This document shows, piece by piece, positions 57,370 through 64,000 of a stretch of 64,000 bases of DNA. The stretch's first letter is position 1, and each line of letters opens with the position of its first letter. The stretch lies in the IMG/VR virus record IMGVR_UViG_3300029887_000004; one strand, 5' to 3'. Under the pieces are notes generated by a model. That model was not told the DNA's origin. It was given only the letters and a program-made list of their open reading frames with translations, and did not search any database. This stretch comes from a virus (lineage: Duplodnaviria > Heunggongvirae > Uroviricota > Caudoviricetes). A program made the position numbers and the translations under genes.

Positions 57370-57678
57370 TTATTTCACCTCATCTAACAAATCCAATATA
57401 TCTCTATATCCATCATATTTTCCTTGCTCTAAATCATTCATATTACGATTTCCAATACTATTTTCAAAATCTTCTACAAGTTGTTCAATCTTAACTCGAA
57501 GATCCCTCATAGTATTATCTACTGACACATCAATAACATTTAATCCAGCGTCTTCAAGATCCTGCTCAACACAATATCTAACAGTTTCTTCACTGCTTTC
57601 ATCATCATAGAATTCAGCTTCAACTTCTACTGTTAGTTTTGCTTTTATTTTATTGGGCTTATCTATTATTCTTGCCAC
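57370..57678 (-). CDS. hypothetical protein, tandem paralog of 57016..57369
   Basis: C-terminus reads RDLRVKIEQLVEDFENSIGNRNMNDLEQGKYDGYRDILDLLDEVK. Confidence 0.5.
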   Translation of the reverse strand: MARIIDKPNKIKAKLTVEVEAEFYDDESSEETVRYCVEQDLEDAGLNVIDVSVDNTMRDLRVKIEQLVEDFENSIGNRNMNDLEQGKYDGYRDILDLLDEVK

Positions 57679-57711
57679 CTATATCACCTCTTCCAAGTAA
57701 ATCATGCATTC

Positions 57712-57913
57712 CTAGTATTCTAACATCTCTTCCAGATCTCTTTCTTTGTATTCAATATTTCCCATTTCCAATCTAATTCTTTCTAACTCATGGTTATAAA
57801 ATTTTTTTTTCTTTACCACTTTTTGCTGACTTAAACATATCATAAGCAAATTTTTCTTGTATACATAATGCGTTTAAACGTGATTTTTCACAATTCTTAA
57901 TTTTATTTTTCAT
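57712..57913 (-). pseudogene. small gene interrupted by a frameshift within a T9/A9 homopolymer (57802-57810)
   Basis: MKNKIKNCEKSRLNALCIQEKFAYDMFKSAKSG... continues in another frame as ...KKKFYNHELERIRLEMGNIEYKERDLEEMLEY after the A9 run. RBS GGAGGTAA. Confidence 0.3.
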
Positions 57914-57942
57914 TTTTATTACCTCCACTTGAAATTTAACTT

Positions 57943-58122
57943 TCATTGCCAAATTTCATCGTTGTCTGCAAGCGAAGCTTCCCATTTCCAGTTATGACCT
58001 GTTTTTCTTTTTACTATTTCTATTGCCTCATCATAACTTACAGCTTTAACTACATAACAATAATTAGATACATCTTCTGAATATCACGGAACATCTTTTA
58101 CAACATATAATTCATTTTTCAT
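57943..58122 (-). CDS. small protein (59 codons) with an in-frame TGA at codon 13 (58084-58086)
   Basis: RBS GGAAGGA 7 nt before ATG. Reads MKNELYVVKDVP-TGA-YSEDVSNYCYVVKAVSYDEAIEIVKRKTGHNWKWEASLADNDEIWQ. No in-frame start exists after the TGA. Confidence 0.45.
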
Positions 58123-58156
58123 AATATTTTCCTTCCATAGAAAAAGTTAAATTTAC

Positions 58157-58381
58157 TTACCAAATACTACTTTTATCTTGAGGTTTGCCAGTTTTGATTT
58201 CTAGTTTTCTGGTTTTACAACATTTTTCTACGCTTGCTTTGATATTCTCTTTAACGCATAAACAACTGTTTTCATTATCACATGTCATAAAAATATCGTT
58301 AAGTATAACATGAATACCCTCGATTGAATTAATATCTATTTTGTTTCCAAATTCATCTGTATATATAATTTTCTTCGACAT
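58157..58381 (-). CDS. hypothetical Cys-rich protein
   Basis: 74-aa ORF. Confidence 0.45.
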   Translation of the reverse strand: MSKKIIYTDEFGNKIDINSIEGIHVILNDIFMTCDNENSCLCVKENIKASVEKCCKTRKLEIKTGKPQDKSSIW

Positions 58382-58408
58382 ATTTTTCTCCTTAATTTGT
58401 AAGTAAAC

Positions 58409-58642
58409 TTAGATTTCCTCGTATCCTAAAACTTTTAGACAATGTATAAATCCGTCAATTTCATTTTCTTGAACCATTTCTTTTCGTTCATATCCATCAT
58501 CATTTATATAAACTGTATAATAATCGCAAATTTTCATTCTAATATAAAAAGTTTGTTCCATATCAACTACTCCTTCCGTAGTAAACCTAGATTTCCTCTT
58601 GTTTTTTACAAATTTTATCCAACGATTCATATATTTTTCCAT
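58409..58642 (-). CDS. hypothetical protein
   Basis: 77-aa ORF. Confidence 0.45.
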   Translation of the reverse strand: MEKYMNRWIKFVKNKRKSRFTTEGVVDMEQTFYIRMKICDYYTVYINDDGYERKEMVQENEIDGFIHCLKVLGYEEI

Positions 58643-58988
58643 TAATATATATGTTTTCAGTAATCATTTTCAAGATTTGTTTTGCTTCGTCTAAAGTATT
58701 TATTTTGTCAATTGCATCTGGCTTATTTTTTATTATCTGTTTGTATAAACCATATATATTGTTTTTATTATTCCAATCGGCAGAATATCCACCTAAAATA
58801 TTTATATTTCGTATTCCAATTTGTTCATTAACTCTTACTTGTTCTTTTCTTTCGATATTCCATATAGAATACCCTTTTTCTCTAAACATTTCTATTACCT
58901 TAACAATATCATCCGATACACAAGTACCGCTAAATAATGAGCCGTCCATTTGAAAAACTCCATATACGCTATATTTATGCTTTGTCAT
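58587..58988 (-). CDS. hypothetical protein
   Basis: 133-aa ORF. Confidence 0.5.
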   Translation of the reverse strand: MTKHKYSVYGVFQMDGSLFSGTCVSDDIVKVIEMFREKGYSIWNIERKEQVRVNEQIGIRNINILGGYSADWNNKNNIYGLYKQIIKNKPDAIDKINTLDEAKQILKMITENIYINGKIYESLDKICKKQEEI

Positions 58989-59032
58989 TTTTAATTATCC
59001 TTTCCGTCCAAAGAAAACTTGGTTTCATTTTA

Positions 59033-59254
59033 TTATTCTTCAAATTTTCTGTTATTTATAATGTCATATTTTCCATAATTTTGTTCAATTCCATTCCATA
59101 AAAATGTAAGTTTTCCATCTGGATATAGACTTATACAAGTATTCGTAACTAGATCTGGATTTTCTTTTGAATGATAATACATTCCACCTTTTTCATGTTC
59201 GTACATTTGTACATATGTATAACCGTCCAAATATATTTCTTTTGGATATTTCAT
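59033..59254 (-). CDS. hypothetical protein
   Basis: 73-aa ORF. Confidence 0.45.
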   Translation of the reverse strand: MKYPKEIYLDGYTYVQMYEHEKGGMYYHSKENPDLVTNTCISLYPDGKLTFLWNGIEQNYGKYDIINNRKFEE

Positions 59255-59332
59255 ATAATCACCTCAATATTATATTCTCCATTATGACGAAAACGGGACT
59301 GTCTTTGTAACAATCCCATTTCTCTTTTAAAA

Positions 59333-59515
59333 CTATCGTTTGCATTCCATACAAACGTCTTTTCCATCATAATCATCAGGTCGCTCATAATGTCCAGGAA
59401 AACAATGCATACAACTATAACATGATTGATCCCATCCCATTGGACATTTCTTTGTCTCTTTTGCTTCATGCGTATAAATATGTTTTTCTTCATAATAACC
59501 CATAGTTTTTAACAT
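59333..59515 (-). CDS. hypothetical Cys-rich protein
   Basis: 60-aa ORF, preferred over the overlapping 59251..59493 frame. Confidence 0.4.
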   Translation of the reverse strand: MLKTMGYYEEKHIYTHEAKETKKCPMGWDQSCYSCMHCFPGHYERPDDYDGKDVCMECKR

Positions 59516-59525
59516 ATTATACTTC

Positions 59526-59840
59526 CTATTTTTTCGCTAAATCGTAATCTGAACCATTCACAAATTCTCCATCTGTATTTGTGTCACAATATTCAAGTGC
59601 ATATTCTTCTACATCAACGCAATCAGGATGCTCGTCATATGTACATTTATATTTTGCCAATTCTGCTTTTGCTTCATTGAGCTGATCGTATGTCCATCGT
59701 TTTAATTCTTCTGGATCAGTATTGGGTCCATAAATACAATCTCCTTCAGAGTAATTTTTGAACTGTTTTTTCGTATAAGATCCTTCAGCATGTCTTAAAA
59801 TAATTGTATTATAATATTCTCCCATTCTATTTTCCTCCAA
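59526..59840 (-). CDS. hypothetical protein
   Basis: 104-aa ORF. Confidence 0.5.
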   Translation of the reverse strand: MEENRMGEYYNTIILRHAEGSYTKKQFKNYSEGDCIYGPNTDPEELKRWTYDQLNEAKAELAKYKCTYDEHPDCVDVEEYALEYCDTNTDGEFVNGSDYDLAKK

Positions 59841-59894
59841 CTTTTATATAATTATTTATATTATATCATATTCCTCAGCAATAACATAGTTTTT

Positions 59895-61946
59895 CTATGC
59901 AGTTTCACCCAACAAAATTTTTCTAAACAGGCTTTCAAAAATCGGAACACAAATACTATTGCCAGCCTGTTTATATAATGCCATTCTATATCTTCCTCGT
60001 TTCTGTTGGACAGATGCAGCTGCTTCATAATCCTGATCCGTATATCCCATAAGTCGCCAGCATTCTCTTTCTGTAAGATATCTGTATTTTCCATTATGTA
60101 AGTCAATTACCTGTGCAGGTGTCCGATCCTGGCGAGTCGTGATTGTATAAGCATATTGGTCAATTACGGTTGCTCTTCTAATTCCGGATGCTCCAATACA
60201 TTCCAGAATGCTCGGTTGTGTTACCTCATATACTGGATCAACTTTCTGTTCCAAAAACTCATGAATGTTTCTCATTGGCGTTCTAATCAGATCAGAAAAA
60301 TCAAATTCCTTTCCTTTTAAACAACTTACAGTGAAATAGCGTTCTCTTGCTTGCGGGATACCAAACTCTCTTGCGTCTAATAGTTCATATGTACTTGTAT
60401 ATCCAAGTTTACTTAATTCTTCCATATATCTGTCGTGATTATGCACCATATATTTACTTCTGACATTTTTGACATTTTCCCAAATCACATATTTTGGTTT
60501 CCATTCTCCCATCTGTTTAATAATATTAATTGTTTCCCACATAAGACTCGATCTTGTCCCAGACCCTTCTTCTGCGCCAGCTCCATGATTTGTTCTTCCA
60601 TTTCCAGTAGCTGTGCCTTGATGTCCAGCAATAGACATATCCTGGCAATTATGCACTATACATCCATTTGCCGTATAAGAATGAGCCTCTTCCACTTCTA
60701 TATCATAAACAGTTTCTTTGTTTTCTGTATGTTCAATTTTTGTTATTGGAGACCATAAATATCCATCTTCAATAATTGACATTCTTCTATTGCACTTTAA
60801 AGTCCATCGTATTGTATATGTGTCTTTTTGATGAATCTTTCTTCCTTCTATACATCCAAATTCTTGACGTTTAAATTTACTTATTTGAAACGGTATATTA
60901 TATGCTTTCACAATCAACTGCCCAATTCCATATAATAGTTTCCTATTAACTGAAGTTATAGAATATGTATATTTTTTACATGATCCATCACTATCAACAT
61001 AACCCTCTATTAATTTCCTCACGAGATTAATTGGCATATCAAATACAAATCCAGGTAAATATTTACCTTCAGCACCTTTTCCAAATAGATTGCAAAAAGT
61101 AGCTAATTCTTTATTTGTAAATTGATATTTATATGTCGTATTGTCTTCGACTTTTACGTAATGTGCCCATTCTGGTATTTTTTCTTCAAATAGTTTATCT
61201 TCGCCATTTATTTTTGATGTACATATAATCATGCTAGAAACATTATTGTTTCTGTCTTTCCTCGTTCTTGTCCATCCGTCACCTAAAAATCTTCCTATCA
61301 AATACCATAATCCTTCGTCTTTCATGTTCAGATTATTTTTAATATATTTAGATCTTCCCCTTGTACACTCAACACCATCCCATTTGGGGACAATTGAATT
61401 TTGATTTATTGGGGTTCCGACCAAATAATTTTTATTTAGATCTTTAGCTTCGACCCATTTTGGTTCCGAAAATTTTCTTTTCATCGTCTTCTTCCCATCA
61501 ATAAATGGGTGAATATATGTCTTTTCTCTTACATAAAATTTATGATTGCTAGTAGTTTTTATTTCATGACAATTAGATGCTTTTAGTTTTATAATATTTT
61601 TTTCGCCATTGTTGAATACATTAATTACTTTGTGAAATAAACCATCATGAGAAACAACTTCTTCATTAACGGAAACATCTTTTATTTCTCTAAAACCATT
61701 TTTAGTCAATACTAATGTATCTCCTGTAAAACATGGACTTCCATGTATCAAAATATCTGGACGAAGATTGTATCCGACCACTGTTTGTGTTTTATAGTGA
61801 AGATCTTTTGCGAACATTGCATTGTATGATCTAACCGCTGCTTCGTCAATCTCGACATAATCAATTGATTTAACAGGAATACCGATATTCCGTAATGCAC
61901 ACCGTGGGCTTCCAATTCCACCGAATAATTCTAAAATTTGTACCAT
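59895..61946 (-). CDS. dcm: DNA (cytosine-5)-methyltransferase interrupted by a 362-aa intein carrying a LAGLIDADG homing endonuclease
   Basis: Extein motifs: I LFGGIGS, IV GSP|CQDMS, VI IWENVKNV, VIII GIPQARERYF. The intein runs from CFTGDTLVLT to ...GCIVHN, then the +1 Cys (residues 72-433, DNA 60648..61733). Two LAGLIDADG motifs, LIGRFLGDGW and LIEGYVDSDGS. The insertion sits exactly at the catalytic PC|Q. Confidence 0.8.
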   Translation of the reverse strand: MVQILELFGGIGSPRCALRNIGIPVKSIDYVEIDEAAVRSYNAMFAKDLHYKTQTVVGYNLRPDILIHGSPCFTGDTLVLTKNGFREIKDVSVNEEVVSHDGLFHKVINVFNNGEKNIIKLKASNCHEIKTTSNHKFYVREKTYIHPFIDGKKTMKRKFSEPKWVEAKDLNKNYLVGTPINQNSIVPKWDGVECTRGRSKYIKNNLNMKDEGLWYLIGRFLGDGWTRTRKDRNNNVSSMIICTSKINGEDKLFEEKIPEWAHYVKVEDNTTYKYQFTNKELATFCNLFGKGAEGKYLPGFVFDMPINLVRKLIEGYVDSDGSCKKYTYSITSVNRKLLYGIGQLIVKAYNIPFQISKFKRQEFGCIEGRKIHQKDTYTIRWTLKCNRRMSIIEDGYLWSPITKIEHTENKETVYDIEVEEAHSYTANGCIVHNCQDMSIAGHQGTATGNGRTNHGAGAEEGSGTRSSLMWETINIIKQMGEWKPKYVIWENVKNVRSKYMVHNHDRYMEELSKLGYTSTYELLDAREFGIPQARERYFTVSCLKGKEFDFSDLIRTPMRNIHEFLEQKVDPVYEVTQPSILECIGASGIRRATVIDQYAYTITTRQDRTPAQVIDLHNGKYRYLTERECWRLMGYTDQDYEAAASVQQKRGRYRMALYKQAGNSICVPIFESLFRKILLGETA

Positions 61947-62003
61947 AATAATTTCCTTTCTTATATGAGGCGATAAACAGGAAGTCTACCGCCTCGTTGA
62001 TGT

Positions 62004-63044
62004 TTAGATAATATTTTTCATGATTTCTACAGATTCTTTTTGTGCTTTTTCTTCCATTCCTCTTACATATAACAGCGTTGTATTAATTGATGCATGATGT
62101 AAATTTTTCTGTACAAGCACAATATCACCCGTTGCGTTGTACAATGTGGTACCATATGTTGCCCTTAGTTTATGTGGACTAATTGTTTTTCCTTTTATGT
62201 TACAAGCATATTTTTTTGTAATATCTGAAATTGCACTTGTTGACAATCTCTTTCCGGTTTTCCCAAGAAACAGAGCTGGCGTATCGCGTGCTGTTACAAG
62301 TTGATCTCTGTATGCTAACCATTTCTGCAATTCATCTAAAACTTTTGGAATTAAAATGAATGTATGAACTTTCTTTCCCTTATCTGTTACAATCAAAGTT
62401 CCTTTATCCATATTTAAGTTTTCTATATCCATATTGGATAACGCTGCACAACGTACACCTGTAGAAAGGAAAAGTTTTATAACTGCAATATCCCTTTGTG
62501 ACCAAATAGCTGATGGCTTTCTTGTTTTTCCTGTTAGCTTATGATCAACATTATAAAGATACGTTTGTGTTTCTTCTGGTGTCAAATAACTCTTTTCTCT
62601 TCTTTCTATTGTTCTCTGTTGCTCTCTCTTTTTTGGCTTCGCAATTTCTTCCATATAATTTTTCGAAAAAATTTTATATGCAAACATACATTTTGAAAAA
62701 AGTTTTAACGCAGAATAAACTGCGATTTGATAAGAAGAAACTGTTTCTAATCCATTGTCTTTATCTTGTATTTTTGCCATATAGGATACAAAATCTCTCA
62801 GTTCGAGATCTTCTTCTTTTTCTTTTCCGGTGAACTTTAGAAATTTTAATACATCACACATATAAACATATTTTGTCTTTTCTGATAAATCATGCATATA
62901 TAAAAGGAAGTCTTGTAGATTCTTAGACTTCCCTTTCATAGTGTTTTCGATTTTTCGTTTATATTTAAGTTTTTCTTCCTCTAAACCTGTCTGGACTCTT
63001 TCATTCATTTTATTCCTCCAATCATAAATCGGCAATTGCAGCAA
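62004..63044 (-). CDS. int: tyrosine recombinase / phage integrase
   Basis: LFLSTGVRCAAL, HKLRATYGT and LHHASINTTLLYV supply the R...HxxR...Y catalytic residues. Confidence 0.85.
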   Translation of the reverse strand: MLQLPIYDWRNKMNERVQTGLEEEKLKYKRKIENTMKGKSKNLQDFLLYMHDLSEKTKYVYMCDVLKFLKFTGKEKEEDLELRDFVSYMAKIQDKDNGLETVSSYQIAVYSALKLFSKCMFAYKIFSKNYMEEIAKPKKREQQRTIERREKSYLTPEETQTYLYNVDHKLTGKTRKPSAIWSQRDIAVIKLFLSTGVRCAALSNMDIENLNMDKGTLIVTDKGKKVHTFILIPKVLDELQKWLAYRDQLVTARDTPALFLGKTGKRLSTSAISDITKKYACNIKGKTISPHKLRATYGTTLYNATGDIVLVQKNLHHASINTTLLYVRGMEEKAQKESVEIMKNII

Positions 63045-63136
63045 TAATTATAATAATAATGACCCCAATTGCGACAAAGGTTCCATAGTATCCAACGGCA
63101 TATTCAAGTGACATAATATCTTCCTCCTAAAATTCA

Positions 63137-63475
63137 CTATTCAAAAATGTATGACGGAAACATCAGCTCTAATTCATCTTTTGAAATTTCCATATTTTTG
63201 TTTTGGCTTTTAAATTCTTCATCGAACTGATGATTTAATTTCAAAACATTGTAAGCACTTTCAATCACCCACTCCCTGATGAACTCCATATCTGATTCCG
63301 ACAAATCATATCCATATAGTTCTACATACCTAATCAACTTTTTTCTTATACTTGTTTGTGTTAGGTTCCATTTCTTTTCTAAATTCTCGAACTTACGCAC
63401 ATCTGTTTGACAATATTCTTTGAACGTTTTTCTTTTCATATATTCTCCTTTCTTTGCAACAAAAAACCGGCACAT
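63137..63475 (-). CDS. hypothetical protein
   Basis: 112-aa ORF; the true start is probably the internal MKRKTF. Confidence 0.5.
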   Translation of the reverse strand: MCRFFVAKKGEYMKRKTFKEYCQTDVRKFENLEKKWNLTQTSIRKKLIRYVELYGYDLSESDMEFIREWVIESAYNVLKLNHQFDEEFKSQNKNMEISKDELELMFPSYIFE

Positions 63476-63486
63476 TTCTGTACCGG

Positions 63487-63672
63487 TTAATAACGTTCCT
63501 CCTTTCTGATTTTATTCAATTTTTCTTTCTTTTGATTGATGTGTCGTACTTTTGCTCGTGGCCTATATTTATCACAATGTTGACAATAATGATTGTGATC
63601 TGCTTCTCTCCCTTTACTACATTGTCCTGCGCAAATATAGTATAAGCATGGTGTTTCTCTTGTCTTACTCAT
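63487..63672 (-). CDS. hypothetical Cys/His-rich protein
   Basis: 61-aa ORF. Confidence 0.45.
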   Translation of the reverse strand: MSKTRETPCLYYICAGQCSKGREADHNHYCQHCDKYRPRAKVRHINQKKEKLNKIRKEERY

Positions 63673-63938
63673 CTTTTATCCACTCCTATCGGCATGATAA
63701 TATAACCAGAAATACGGAACCCTCTGGACGCAAGTTCTTTTAAATCTGTTGCAATTCTACCTTCTTTCAATAATTTATGCATATTACAATGGATAGTGCC
63801 TTTGCTTTTAATTCCAACACCTTTTCCAATCTCGTCATAAGACGGAGCATAACCATGCTCAAAAATGTAGTCTTTGCAAAATTCATAGATTTTATCTGTT
63901 GTGTCCTGTATGTTATCATATTTATTTACCATAATCAT
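63669..63938 (-). CDS. LexA-like winged-helix DNA-binding protein (no peptidase domain)
   Basis: GYAPSYDEIGKGVGIKSKGTIHCNMHKLLKEGRI resembles the LexA N-terminal domain. Confidence 0.45.
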   Translation of the reverse strand: MIMVNKYDNIQDTTDKIYEFCKDYIFEHGYAPSYDEIGKGVGIKSKGTIHCNMHKLLKEGRIATDLKELASRGFRISGYIIMPIGVDKR

Positions 63939-64000
63939 TCTCCCTTCTCTTTAAAAACATCACTGACCTGCCACGAAATCATCTCATTTCCAAGCTCAAT

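Noticed and set aside
59251-59493. 80-aa ORF overlapping 59333..59515
   Set aside because: Its translation is less protein-like, and the Cys-rich 59333..59515 frame matches neighbouring small Cys-rich genes. Not resolved with certainty.
59861-60106. 81-aa ORF overlapping the 3' end of the dcm gene
   Set aside because: Alternative frame inside a gene with clear MTase motifs.
61967-61995. Hairpin between int and dcm as intrinsic terminator or attP core
   Set aside because: No T-run follows on either strand and no direct repeats are evident. Noted only.
1-64000. Genome-wide genetic code 4 (TGA=Trp), suggested by two in-frame TGAs at Trp-like positions
   Set aside because: TGA serves as the terminator for many intact genes, including tandem TGA-TGA at 44772-44777 and TGA-TAG at 23538-23543. 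Tryptophan is otherwise encoded by TGG. Long proteins (P-type ATPase, DnaB, IscB) are intact under the standard code.

Overview
This 64-kb window reads as part of a low-GC (roughly 30% GC) Firmicutes-type phage or prophage genome, transcribed almost entirely on the minus strand. Genes are tightly packed and often overlap at start/stop (ATGA, TTGA). RBSs are strong GGAGG-like, and TTG/GTG starts are frequent. No capsid, tail or terminase genes are present, so this is the early/replication/accessory arm.

Content in order along the window:
- Replication module, 1-10953: DnaE-type Pol III alpha (runs off the left edge), a freestanding LAGLIDADG-type homing endonuclease, RecJ, DnaG-like primase, DnaB-like helicase, a Sak4/RecA-like ATPase and a possible SSB.
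- Plus-strand small hydrophobic ORF, 12092-12610, with a consensus promoter, long structured leader and terminator.
- Two minus-strand tRNAs: Met-CAT and a type-II Leu-CAA.
- Membrane-stress cluster, 15127-19910: PspA-like, TerD, vWA and a P-type Ca2+-ATPase.
- RNA-repair set: Pnk-HD kinase, RNA ligase, Tpt1/KptA, a nucleotidyltransferase and a metallophosphoesterase.
- SPFH protein with an NfeD-like partner and a lipoprotein.
- NAD salvage pair pncA plus pncB. pncB carries an in-frame TGA at a conserved Trp codon.
- An IscB (OMEGA, Cas9-ancestor) nuclease immediately beside a 5-unit CRISPR-like array (36-bp repeats, 29-30 bp spacers). An anti-repeat lies in the 242-bp interval between array and gene.
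- DUF262 and ParB-like proteins, a sigma factor and a terminated plus-strand sRNA candidate.
- MazF-like toxin with a divergent XRE repressor.
- C5 DNA methyltransferase split by a LAGLIDADG intein.
- Tyrosine integrase and a LexA-like protein.
- Three homing endonucleases in total, several paralogous small-gene families, a second in-frame TGA and a homopolymer frameshift.
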